From the IMG/VR virus record IMGVR_UViG_3300037509_000067, positions 30,952-94,951 of that record: a DNA stretch of 64,000 bases; one strand, 5' to 3'. Both the position numbers and the translations under genes were made by a program. Shown piece by piece: positions 1 to 8,981 of this stretch. The notes under the pieces are model-generated. The model was given only the letters and a program-made list of their open reading frames with translations. It was not told where the DNA came from and did not search any database. Origin of the DNA: a virus. Numbering within the stretch: the stretch's first letter is position 1; each line of letters starts with the position of its first letter.

Positions 1-151
1 GGCGTCAGCATGAAACTGTGATTTTTTTTCTTTTCCCCATAACTTTCCGCAGGCGCTTTTTTGGGTCTAGGCACGGACAACACCATATATGTACATCTCA
101 ATAAAATACTGTTCTAATAGCTTAGCGTAAAACTATTTAGATGTACAGGTA

Positions 152-180
152 TTGACGTGTACATGTCAAAGAACTACATT
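152..180 (+). promoter_or_regulatory. Sigma70-type promoter with overlapping palindromic operator
   Basis: TTGACG-17 nt-TACATT; near-perfect palindrome TTGACGTGTACATGTCAA at 152-169; further TGTACA sites nearby upstream. Confidence 0.6.
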
Positions 181-290
181 AGTAAATAAGCAACCACCAC
201 GGAAGCCCAAAACAAAATCCCGCCCCTGACCGAATGCAGAACGACAGGTGACGGGAACCCCAGAGAAAACACAGTTGGAGTACCACAATT

Positions 291-797
291 ATGACTTACA
301 CAGAACCCCGCACAAAAGAAATCCTCAGCTACGCCGACCGCAGTATCATCGCCGGTGTACTGAACTGGGATGACCCCAGCCGGACATATGCACCCGAAGA
401 CATCAAATGGATCGCAATTGAAGAAGGTATGGTGTTAGTCGGACTGGTATCGCCAGCAGGCAAAAAACAGCGGCACATTGTTGATAGGTTCGTCTTCCGC
501 TCAATCTTGGAGGCTCAACGTAGCTCCATCAACAAACGGCTCGACGAAATCATTGAGATTGAGTCAGCCGAAGTACTGGAAGCAGAGCGTGAGATGAGTG
601 AAATCATTCACGCAGCAGCACAACAAGAAGTAGAGGAGAGCCTAGGGCTGGCCAAGTATGACTGGCTAACCGAACCCATCGGCGCATCACTCGACTACAT
701 CTTCGGCATGAGTGGCGAGGGGATGGCGGAAGCGCTTCCGCCCGTTGAGACGGGCTACCACGAGCCGAACTGGACTGATGAGGGGTGTGAGTTTTAG
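291..797 (+). CDS. Hypothetical phage early protein
   Basis: 168-aa ORF with GGAG upstream; first gene of a co-oriented cluster. Confidence 0.75.
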   Translation: MTYTEPRTKEILSYADRSIIAGVLNWDDPSRTYAPEDIKWIAIEEGMVLVGLVSPAGKKQRHIVDRFVFRSILEAQRSSINKRLDEIIEIESAEVLEAEREMSEIIHAAAQQEVEESLGLAKYDWLTEPIGASLDYIFGMSGEGMAEALPPVETGYHEPNWTDEGCEF

Positions 798-847
798 GGT
801 GTAGCGAAAATAAGGGTGTGTCTACTGTCCAACTGAACTAAATAATC

Positions 848-1141
848 ATGAACATTACAACAATTTCAGTGAATTACAGCCGCAAGGTTAATTTAGGAGA
901 CTATGAGTCAGCAGAAGCCAGTATTGGATACTTCGCAAAGCTAGACGCAGATGACCCAGACGAACTTGAGGATGAGGTAGCAGTAGAAATCCTCATCCAG
1001 AAAGCAAGAAACAATGTTAAGTCTGCGTTGAAACCCGTTTGCCAAGCTAGTGAATATTGGCAAGATAAGGCAACCGTCACTAAGCAATTTATGGGGCGAG
1101 TAGTGACAGAAGCAAAAACTTACACAGAGGACGAATTCTAA
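848..1141 (+). CDS. Hypothetical phage protein
   Basis: 97 aa, acidic; abuts the next gene. Confidence 0.75.
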   Translation: MNITTISVNYSRKVNLGDYESAEASIGYFAKLDADDPDELEDEVAVEILIQKARNNVKSALKPVCQASEYWQDKATVTKQFMGRVVTEAKTYTEDEF

Positions 1142-1142
1142 G

Positions 1143-2135
1143 ATGCCTATCAAAGGATTAACCGACAGAACAGCCAGCTTTCCGAAGCTAGGCACTATTC
1201 GCAAGGGAGCGCCAAAGACCGGGAACCGACCAGGGCAAGACCTAGACTACTTCCGGTTTGACTCGGCTGATGCCGAGCTGGAGAAAGCCTTTCTGGAAAT
1301 CTATGATCAGCAGCCACGGGAAATCAACGTATTCCTTCCTTACAAGACAACCGAACAAAACTTTTCCTCCTGGATGGAAGAGTGGGCAGCCTCTAGCTTG
1401 CTGAGACGATGTGACGGAGAGAACCAAGTTATCTGGCTCAACGACGATAAACGCACATATGGGAAAGGTCGTAAAGCCTGCTTAGGGTGTGACGGGAAGA
1501 CGGGTTGCAAGCCATCGGGACGCCTATTCGTTGTCATCCCAGAACTAAAACGACTTGGCTATGTGGAGGTGCAAACTCATAGCAAGTGGGACATTATGGG
1601 TCTGACAGAGAACTTGGTTGCAATCGAACAAGCAACGGGTGACCTGCGAGGCATCCCATTCAAACTGTGCCGTCGCCTTCGGAATATCTCAACCCCACGG
1701 GATAACGGAAGAGCGAGAGCGGACAAATGGCTTTTAGCGCTAGAAGTCGCGCCTCAGTGGTCAAGCAAGGTTTTGGAAGCATTGGAAAGCCGAGCTAATC
1801 GTGTTTTGATGGAACCCACCGCGACAATGGCTTCACCTCAAGCAACTGAGACTATTGAGGTTGTAAGCGTGGATGAGCCAATCAGACCTTCTCTCATTGA
1901 TCAAACCAACGAAGAACTCATGAGACTGGGGTGGAGCAACATCCAAGGGCGTGATTACCTATTACAAACCTACGGTAAGCGATCGCGCCAACTACTAACC
2001 GACGCCGAGTTACAAGACTTCCTGAAGCGGTTGCAAGCGATGGAGCCTGAAATAGAAACCGAAGAGGTCGAAGCTCAATATGAAAAACTGAAGCAATCCA
2101 GCCTCAGAGAACTCCAGCAAGACATGCAGCCGTAA
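1143..2135 (+). CDS. Gp3-like / recombination directionality factor-like phage recombination protein
   Basis: N-terminal FPKLGTIRKG...DLDYFRF and LRGIPFKLCRR motifs; C-terminal RLGW..QGRDYLLQTYGKRSRQLLTD cyanobacterial module. Confidence 0.6.
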   Translation: MPIKGLTDRTASFPKLGTIRKGAPKTGNRPGQDLDYFRFDSADAELEKAFLEIYDQQPREINVFLPYKTTEQNFSSWMEEWAASSLLRRCDGENQVIWLNDDKRTYGKGRKACLGCDGKTGCKPSGRLFVVIPELKRLGYVEVQTHSKWDIMGLTENLVAIEQATGDLRGIPFKLCRRLRNISTPRDNGRARADKWLLALEVAPQWSSKVLEALESRANRVLMEPTATMASPQATETIEVVSVDEPIRPSLIDQTNEELMRLGWSNIQGRDYLLQTYGKRSRQLLTDAELQDFLKRLQAMEPEIETEEVEAQYEKLKQSSLRELQQDMQP

Positions 2136-2272
2136 TCCTCGCCTCCTGCCCTTCCCTCGACTGCGATCAGGGTGGGCTAGGACGAGGGGATTCCCTCAAT
2201 TAGAAACCAGCAGACGAATCTTGGTAGGTCACTGCTGGTACTGGCTCACCAAATATCGTTAGGAGCATTTTC

Positions 2273-2419
2273 ATGGTATCAATTCTCATTGCTACAGCAG
2301 CGCTTGCATCCGGCTTCGGCTGGTATCAAGTTGCTAGCTGGCATCAACTCATTCACCAGGTTCAGACTGAGTACCAGAAGACCCAGTCCCCACTACCTGG
2401 TTGCGGGAGGAACGGCTAA
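2273..2419 (+). CDS. Small membrane-anchored peptide (48 aa)
   Basis: AGGAG RBS; MVSILIATAALASGFGWYQ hydrophobic N-terminus; TAATG coupling to the next ORF. Below the ORF-track cutoff. Confidence 0.55.
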   Translation: MVSILIATAALASGFGWYQVASWHQLIHQVQTEYQKTQSPLPGCGRNG

Positions 2420-2538
2420 TGGCTGACAAGGAACGCAAGCCAACAGAAGCCGAGATTCGTCGCACAGAAGAAACGAACAGACGGCTAGAAGAAGCGATCA
2501 CTAAACGCAGACAGCAGCAACAGAACCAAGGCAAATAA
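2419..2538 (+). CDS. Small charged peptide (39 aa)
   Basis: MADKERKPTEAEIRRTEETNRRLEEAITKRRQQQQNQGK; translationally coupled. Confidence 0.5.
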   Translation: MADKERKPTEAEIRRTEETNRRLEEAITKRRQQQQNQGK

Positions 2539-2765
2539 GTTAATCAAATGGATGAGGTTAAGTCATCCAGTTGAGTCAATCACTGGGTGTGTCTCCCAGC
2601 TTAAACAAACTGGAGACACAAAATGAGCATACAAGAAGTTATTAATGAACAGCGATGATGCCACCCTCATCGCACTAGTAGAGGAAGAAATGAGGGCAGA
2701 AAACTGGGAGAGGGTGCAAAGGACTGCCACGCAACGTGTAACGACAGAAAGAGACGGAGGTAATC

Positions 2766-3125
2766 ATGACAGACGACTGGCTTAAAACTCTGAAAGTAGG
2801 TGATGAGGTCGCTTATGGATACGAAGCCAATGGAATTCCTTCTTTTTACTTTAGCGAGGTTATGAAAGTAACCTCTACAGGACAAGTCACTCTAGAAAAT
2901 GGTAGGCGATTTAATCCGGATGGAGTTGAGCGGGGCAGAAATGCATCCTGGCATCGGAATCGACTGGAACCAGTATCTGAAGCGAAGAAGTTGATTGCTG
3001 AGTACGAAGCAAATCAAGAGAGCAAGCTCAACCGCCACAAGTTACAACTATCTATCAAAGCCCGATTGTCCGACTTTTCTCTAGAGCAACTGGAGAGACT
3101 CGCTGAATTCCTGGACACCTTGTAG
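2766..3125 (+). CDS. Hypothetical phage protein (SH3/KOW-like N-terminus)
   Basis: LKVGDEVAY motif; GGAGG RBS. Confidence 0.7.
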   Translation: MTDDWLKTLKVGDEVAYGYEANGIPSFYFSEVMKVTSTGQVTLENGRRFNPDGVERGRNASWHRNRLEPVSEAKKLIAEYEANQESKLNRHKLQLSIKARLSDFSLEQLERLAEFLDTL

Positions 3126-3167
3126 CGTCTTCCGTTCAACCAAAAACAAACTAACTCAAAAAAAATC

Positions 3168-3431
3168 ATGAACATTTGCGTATGCATTGGTTGCCCATTT
3201 GCCAACGATCGTCCCACTCCTCCTAAAAGCAGTGGATGTGTTCGGTATAGCACCAGTTATCATTGCCATTTGAGAGGCGCTTTCAAGGAAGATCTAAAAC
3301 CTAACGAGTATTGGCTGTTCATAGACGGGGACGCGGACATCTCACTTATTAAACAAGCTAACGATAATTTTATCGCGAGGGATGAGTCTAGCCAGCGCAG
3401 GCTTTGGGCAATGAAGAACCTAGAGGAATAA
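3168..3431 (+). CDS. Cys-rich hypothetical protein
   Basis: CxCxxC...C...HCH pattern. Confidence 0.6.
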   Translation: MNICVCIGCPFANDRPTPPKSSGCVRYSTSYHCHLRGAFKEDLKPNEYWLFIDGDADISLIKQANDNFIARDESSQRRLWAMKNLEE

Positions 3432-3474
3432 GTCAAGCTGGCAACTATTGTCCAGGCTAAAAGACTGACAGATA

Positions 3475-3720
3475 ATGACATTCAAGAACTGGAGACAAGA
3501 TATGGAAGTAATCACGGAACAAGAATTAGAGAAGCAATACCGAACCCTCAGCCCACACCAACGTGCCCGGATAATGATCGTTCACAAGGCTTGCTGGCAA
3601 TGTGCCAACCACATTTTGGCGAACACTCCACACACCCCAGAGGTCACGGAAGGTATCAAGCAGCTCAGGCAGCTACACAAAACGGCAATGGAGGCGATCA
3701 CTAACGAGCGGAATACTTGA
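3475..3720 (+). CDS. Hypothetical phage protein
   Basis: 81 aa, co-oriented with the early cluster. Confidence 0.6.
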   Translation: MTFKNWRQDMEVITEQELEKQYRTLSPHQRARIMIVHKACWQCANHILANTPHTPEVTEGIKQLRQLHKTAMEAITNERNT

Positions 3721-3810
3721 CCATCCGTTCATAGTCTATCCGTCTGAAACACCAAACCCGCCTCTCTACTACAGGAGCGGGTTTGGTGTTTGTGGGAATC
3801 CTCCTTCAGG

Positions 3811-4623
3811 CTATTGCAAAGGAAAAACAAGCTGCACCAAGCCAATACCACCAACATCTGATCCTAGATAGCCACCAGTTATCGCTAAGGTGGGCACACT
3901 ACGAGAAATAGCTTCGGTTCGCACTGTGCCATTTTCCAAAGTTTCAGTTGTTGTTCTTGAAAATGTCCCTAGCACCGCCTGCGGTATGGCGACACTTACA
4001 TTCCTGTTTGTGTTTCTGATATTTACATTATTTGGTGTGGAGCTTACCCCGCCTGCATTGCTTAATGCACCACTCCCACCCGTTCCTCCGGTGCCTCCGG
4101 TGCCGCCTGTTCCGCCAGTCCCGCCAGTCCCGCCAGTGCCTCCGGCTCCACCCATATTGCCAATCACTTGCCCTTGAGGGCTTAAGATATTTCCTGTGGC
4201 GCTATCGACATTCCCGATTACGCCCCCAGCTCCGTTGAGTATCGGAGTTAGAACGTTTCCAGCAGGCGTTGTGATGGGAGTACCTATAGTCCCGACATCG
4301 GGCAAGCTTGGAATGTTTGGGAGATTAATAACTTGTCCCGGAGAGGGTAGCATCACCGGAGTTCCAGGGGTGACCGATAATATAGGTGGAACACTGACTC
4401 CAGGGGTTGTGATAGGGGGCGTAATAGGTGTATCTACTATCACGGGTGGAACAGAGATAGGATCTGTTGTAACACCTGGAGTATTGATTACAGGATCTAT
4501 TGTTATCGGAGGATTAATAGGAGGAAGTATCGGGGGTGAAATCTGAGCGTGAGCAGGGATAGCGAAAACAATAGACGAAGCCAATATAAGTCCAAGTTTC
4601 ATAGAAAGCTCCAAAACCATCAA
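3811..4623 (-). CDS. Secreted or surface Pro/Gly-rich protein (likely start at 4602, MKLG)
   Basis: Signal peptide MKLGLILASSIVFAIPAHA/Q, Pro-rich stalk, (GGT)n linker, C-terminal beta-rich end. Confidence 0.75.
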   Translation of the reverse strand: MMVLELSMKLGLILASSIVFAIPAHAQISPPILPPINPPITIDPVINTPGVTTDPISVPPVIVDTPITPPITTPGVSVPPILSVTPGTPVMLPSPGQVINLPNIPSLPDVGTIGTPITTPAGNVLTPILNGAGGVIGNVDSATGNILSPQGQVIGNMGGAGGTGGTGGTGGTGGTGGTGGTGGSGALSNAGGVSSTPNNVNIRNTNRNVSVAIPQAVLGTFSRTTTETLENGTVRTEAISRSVPTLAITGGYLGSDVGGIGLVQLVFPLQ

Positions 4624-4720
4624 CGGTTAGCTGTAGGGCAAGAAAGAACCATTTAATCAGCTCTCTTCACATAATAGCCACAATCCCGCATCTCCCGGTA
4701 GGATTGACCGCACAACGCAA

Positions 4721-4950
4721 GCGCACGTTTCCACTGTAGTTTGACATCCTCCACCCCCAAATCGAAGATTATGGGGGTGGATTCCCATCATCACTGACGG
4801 GGTTTCCTGGCTCTACGAGCAACCTTACTCTTCTGGGTTTCCCCATCCAAGCAGCGGGTCATCTCATCCCCAGGCGTTACTTTCCGCCTGCCCGACGGTA
4901 GTTGTGCTAGACCTTGCAATGCTTTGAGCAAGATATTGATGGCAGCATTC
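4721..4950 (-). ncRNA. Predicted omegaRNA/reRNA of TnpB-1 (extent approximate)
   Basis: Inferred from established TnpB biology: scaffold overlaps the tnpB 3' end and right end; guide would be the flank ACTACAGTGGAAACGTGCGC. Confidence 0.45.
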
Positions 4951-6170
4951 GTGTCCCTATCATCTAAATAACCGCAATGTGGGCATTTATGAGTGCGGGT
5001 AGACAAGGACTTCTTAACTTCCTGTCCACAATTGGAACAATCTTGGGAGGTGTAATGAGGGGCAACAGCAATTACTGGCACATCAAATACTTTCCCAAAA
5101 TACTCCAGCCACTGCCTAAACAATGTCCAGCTAGCATCGGATATTGACTTGGCTAGATGATGGTTTTTCACCATATTCCGCACTTTTAGGTCTTCAATGG
5201 CTACCAAGTCTACCGACTGGACAAGCGCCCTTGCAGTCTTTACCGCAAAGTCTTTACGCCGCCTTGATACCTTGAGATGCGTTCTGCCTAAATGCTTGAT
5301 GGCTTTGAGGCGATTCTTTGAATCCTTAGTTCTACGAGATACCCGTTTTTGGGCGCGTTTTAACGCCTTCTTGGCTTTTCTCAAGAACCTGGGGTTCTCT
5401 ATTTTGTTGCCATCAGAGTCAGTGTAGAAATGGTTTAAACCAACGTCTATGCCTACCATTCGATTAGTGGGTTCATGTTTCTCATTGCGTTCTTGGTCGA
5501 TGGAAAACTGAACGTAGTATCCATCGGCTCGACGCACAACACGTACTCGCTTAATCTGCTCTTTTTGGTAAAAGTGCAAATCACGAGTTCCCCACATCCT
5601 AAAAGTTCCAGCTTTAAAGTTATCCCTAAATGTAATGGTTAATCGGTCATCCGATAGCACCCACCCATCAACCTTGTACTCGACTGAGCCATGAGTCTGA
5701 TCTTTTTTAAATCGAGGGAATCCTTTCTTGCCGGGAACTTGCTTCTTGCAATTATCAAAGAACCTAGCAATGACACTCCAAGCTCTCTCGGCACTAGCCT
5801 GACAAGCTTGCGCTGAAAGTTTTTTGCACCATTCAAATTGTTCTCTGAGTACCTTGCAATACTTATTGAGGTCGTACCTATTGACCCCCTTGTTATCCAT
5901 CCAGTAGCGAAGACAGGAATTACGCACAAAACGAGCAGTACGAATCATTTCATCTAAGATGGCGTACTGCTCGTCTGTTCCTCGTAATTTAGCCTCGAAT
6001 ACTAGCATCGTATTTAACCTCTATGTCATAAAGTCTAACATAGGATACGAGCGAGATTGTAAAAAGCGAGTACATTGAGTACACGCTTTTTACCTGGGGT
6101 GTCCATGTACCGTTCGGCTGACGCTCACGGAAGCCTACCCCCAAATCAAGATTATGGGGGCAGTACTATA
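4741..6170 (-). mobile_element. IS200/IS605-family (IS1341-type, tnpB-only) element
   Basis: Right end on the minus strand reads GAAT-hairpin(4751-4780)-TCAA, the IS608-type guide/cleavage pair; a related hairpin sits at 6135-6163; no tnpA. Left boundary approximate. Confidence 0.88.
4791..6008 (-). CDS. tnpB: RNA-guided endonuclease TnpB
   Basis: RuvC motifs GIDVG, AIEDL, DRDTNAAINI; Zn finger CSNC...CPHC. Confidence 0.95.
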   Translation of the reverse strand: MLVFEAKLRGTDEQYAILDEMIRTARFVRNSCLRYWMDNKGVNRYDLNKYCKVLREQFEWCKKLSAQACQASAERAWSVIARFFDNCKKQVPGKKGFPRFKKDQTHGSVEYKVDGWVLSDDRLTITFRDNFKAGTFRMWGTRDLHFYQKEQIKRVRVVRRADGYYVQFSIDQERNEKHEPTNRMVGIDVGLNHFYTDSDGNKIENPRFLRKAKKALKRAQKRVSRRTKDSKNRLKAIKHLGRTHLKVSRRRKDFAVKTARALVQSVDLVAIEDLKVRNMVKNHHLAKSISDASWTLFRQWLEYFGKVFDVPVIAVAPHYTSQDCSNCGQEVKKSLSTRTHKCPHCGYLDDRDTNAAINILLKALQGLAQLPSGRRKVTPGDEMTRCLDGETQKSKVARRARKPRQ

Positions 6171-6390
6171 GCCCCCCAGACCCCCCATTCAGATAAGCAG
6201 CTTACATTATTAATCGGGTGGAGCCGTAGCCGCAAGCCAATCCACACTGCGACCAGTTTATAGATCACATTACAACACCCGTCGAGGCACTTCAGTAAGA
6301 ATTCTTCCACCGCAGTCAGGAGCTATCTGTTAACGTTTCCAAGAGCAAAAACTCGAAATATTCCAACACCTCAAAAACGGGAAATTTTCG

Positions 6391-6440
6391 AGAAGTACTT
6401 CCATTCTCTCCCCACACTTCGCTCTGTCAGCAAAAAAAGG
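6391..6440. repeat. 50-bp non-coding element, copy A (copy B at 60632-60681)
   Basis: 40/50 ungapped identity by hand alignment; both copies have TGTTAACGTTT upstream. Confidence 0.65.
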
Positions 6441-6695
6441 TATTGAGGTATACCAAGCTATTAAGACTAATTGAAGGAGGTGATCGCGTCTAAGTAGAAT
6501 TACAGGCAAGCAGTATAATTAAACCTTCTCAAGGGTAGAAAATCTACGTTAAACTAGATCGAATTTTTATAGGTGGCATCCGAGAAACTACGGAGTCTTT
6601 ATAAACCTGCGTCCGTTACTATAATTTTCTAGGCATCCACGCGATGCGTCAGTCCATCAAAACCAACGAAGGCAGACACGAGCCACGATATCACC

Positions 6696-7493
6696 ATGCT
6701 CCAATCCACTTTCGCAGATCAATGCCAATGGCTGATGAATTCCTGCTTCGATTTGCAGGAAAAATACAAAGATCAAGTTGAGCAAATATCAAGACACTTA
6801 AAAGTTGAAGTAACTGGGGACACAGTTGTAATCGACATAAACCACCCCCAGAAGGAAGTTTTGCTTGCTAACGAATTATTGCTGCGTGGAGAATTCTTAA
6901 CAAAAAACGGAATAGGGCTTAAAGTATTGGTAGGAGGGGAAGTATTTGCCGATTTCCCCTCATCATCCATTACTATCACCAGAAGCTCTATGGTACCAAC
7001 AATCAACGATGTTTGGCAGGGAATTGAATCAAAATGGCTGGAGCGCGAATGGCGAGGAGTGTTTCCGAACCGTCAACGAATCCAGTCCTTGCAACAGAAT
7101 GATGGAACGGTTTACTTAATCTCGGCTCGCGAAGGAGGAAACAACGTAATCAAGGCGGTTTTCCCTTTTCTGGGGTTAGAAGATGTCCTAGCCACAAAAT
7201 CAGTCGGCTCGTTGATGAATAAGCCCGTAAGCTACTCTTTTGGGAAAAGAGAACCGGAAAGTGACGACCCAGCATTAGTGGGCGGCATTAGGGCAAGGGT
7301 AGCCGAAAAGGGCGCAGCAGAAGGATACTACCAGGAGAATTACGAATTTGTGTTCCACGGCGTGGTTCACGAACTTCAAGCCGAATACATGAGTCTAGAC
7401 AACTCTGACGATGAAGCAATCATTGTAGTGCGGAACCTAGACTCAATACAACGAGGCGGTTGGGTGCAGCGCCGTAAGCGACTCTTAGGTTAG
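6696..7493 (+). CDS. Hypothetical protein convergent on the repressor gene
   Basis: 265-aa ORF; function not recognised (C-terminal half possibly PAS-like). Confidence 0.7.
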   Translation: MLQSTFADQCQWLMNSCFDLQEKYKDQVEQISRHLKVEVTGDTVVIDINHPQKEVLLANELLLRGEFLTKNGIGLKVLVGGEVFADFPSSSITITRSSMVPTINDVWQGIESKWLEREWRGVFPNRQRIQSLQQNDGTVYLISAREGGNNVIKAVFPFLGLEDVLATKSVGSLMNKPVSYSFGKREPESDDPALVGGIRARVAEKGAAEGYYQENYEFVFHGVVHELQAEYMSLDNSDDEAIIVVRNLDSIQRGGWVQRRKRLLG

Positions 7494-8201
7494 ACTTTCC
7501 GCTCCATTTCGCCGTCCATTACCTTCTTGACAAACCTCGCTCCCACGAGCGGGGTTTTCTAATGCACTCACATAGTAGTAGTCATATAGTGGATTCCCAG
7601 AAATTTCTCTTAAAGCATAAGCTATTCCTCCGATCAACAATGGACCAGCCACCGCCCGACCATCAAGCATCCCTCTCACAATCTCCTCCCCTCCTGAGCC
7701 AGGAGCAAATTGGCACATCTCGATAAACCGAGTTGCCGCTGTGTCGAAGTCGGGGAAATCCCCGCGTGCCACAGCTGCATTCAGTTCATCAATAATTAAT
7801 CGACCGACAGGACTGCACATCTCTTTTCTGACTTCAAAATCGCCCCTTAGTCTATCGGATTCAGAACGCAAGGCGTTAATCTTATCAGAAATTTCTATCA
7901 GCAGATGCCGGGGTAGACCCCTCACCTCATCAATCACATAATCCGCTACCTCTTTCCCGACTACCAGGGCGCGTGCTTGTAAGAGGGTCTGACCTTGGTA
8001 TCGGGCAATTTTCTTGATTGAGCGGTCTGTGAGGAAAGCGACCCTCTCATCTCTCCAGCGTCGCACCAGTTCGTGGTCAACCCCTAACTTCTTGGCTAAG
8101 ATGCAGCCGCTCCCCTCTATGGCAATTTGTGTCTTCGTCCAGTGAGCAAGTGCCTTCTTGTCCAAATCCATACCCGTCTCTCTCTTCTCTTCTAGGTTCA
8201 C
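7485..8201 (-). CDS. Putative phage repressor (N-terminal HTH)
   Basis: LAKKLGVDHELVRRWRD HTH-like segment; divergent from the long rightward operon. Confidence 0.6.
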   Translation of the reverse strand: MNLEEKRETGMDLDKKALAHWTKTQIAIEGSGCILAKKLGVDHELVRRWRDERVAFLTDRSIKKIARYQGQTLLQARALVVGKEVADYVIDEVRGLPRHLLIEISDKINALRSESDRLRGDFEVRKEMCSPVGRLIIDELNAAVARGDFPDFDTAATRFIEMCQFAPGSGGEEIVRGMLDGRAVAGPLLIGGIAYALREISGNPLYDYYYVSALENPARGSEVCQEGNGRRNGAESLT

Positions 8202-8322
8202 TCTAATCTATCAGTTATCAAAATCAATAACTTGTGTTAATGAGCTTATCAGTTATTGGCGAATCCATTTACTTTGTTAGCTAATACATTTACTATTTCT
8301 GTAACAGCGCTGTTACAAGAAA
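8202..8322. promoter_or_regulatory. Divergent lysis/lysogeny switch region with candidate operators
   Basis: AT-rich gap between divergent genes; TATCAGTTAT direct repeats at 8209-8218 and 8247-8256. Confidence 0.5.
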
Positions 8323-8517
8323 ATGCACATCGAGACAACCGTAATGCGGGTTCCGCTTGCCTGGAAGCCCGTACTTCAAGACGCACTCCTGGAACTTGCT
8401 ATCAAGCGGGCAGCAAGCGATCGCAAACTCACTGCCGAATCCGAGAAGCAGCTGAGAGCGAGACTCCAGAAGCTAATCCGTAATGAACCTCAAACGAAAG
8501 GAACCTCATCCTTATGA
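8323..8517 (+). CDS. Small basic protein in Cro position
   Basis: 64 aa, first gene of the rightward operon, ATGA-coupled to the next gene. Confidence 0.5.
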   Translation: MHIETTVMRVPLAWKPVLQDALLELAIKRAASDRKLTAESEKQLRARLQKLIRNEPQTKGTSSL

Positions 8518-8981
8518 CGCAAGCATTATCCATTCTCCTGGAAACCTGGGGGCAGCTAGACCCAAAACGCCCCGTATGCGACGAGCCAATTGGCATCGTC
8601 AGCGAAGTGACAGAGGCGATCGAAAACAAGGGCTGGAAGCTCAAGACAGAATTAAAGCGAGGTACGTACCATGTTGCTTTGATTACCCCAATTGCAGATG
8701 GACTCACAGAGGCAGCCGTCTTCAAATGCGAGGAAGCCAAGCTAGCAGAGTTTTTACTCTCAGCGTACCTACACCTACTCAAGCGCGATCAAGGTCGGCA
8801 ACTAGAGCAACGAATTGTAGAAGTACAAAACCGACTTCATCACTATCTTGATCGACTAGAGCAGAGTCACCGCCTGCACGGGGATACCACAATGCGCCTA
8901 GCTCAGGCGATCAAGTTACTGGAATCAAAGGGTATTCGATTTAAGCCGGAATCTATTGTTGCTGATGAATTGGTGGGGTGA
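8514..8981 (+). CDS. Hypothetical phage protein (coiled-coil C-terminus)
   Basis: Overlapping stop/start codons on both sides. Confidence 0.7.
   Translation: MTQALSILLETWGQLDPKRPVCDEPIGIVSEVTEAIENKGWKLKTELKRGTYHVALITPIADGLTEAAVFKCEEAKLAEFLLSAYLHLLKRDQGRQLEQRIVEVQNRLHHYLDRLEQSHRLHGDTTMRLAQAIKLLESKGIRFKPESIVADELVG

Noticed and set aside
3890-4546. Plus-strand ORFs 3890-4177, 4032-4238 and 4196-4546
   Set aside because: Antisense shadows of the low-complexity Pro/Gly gene.
8256-8851. ORFs 8256-8483 and 8483-8851
   Set aside because: Alternative frames of the coupled 8323/8514 genes, with no supporting motifs.
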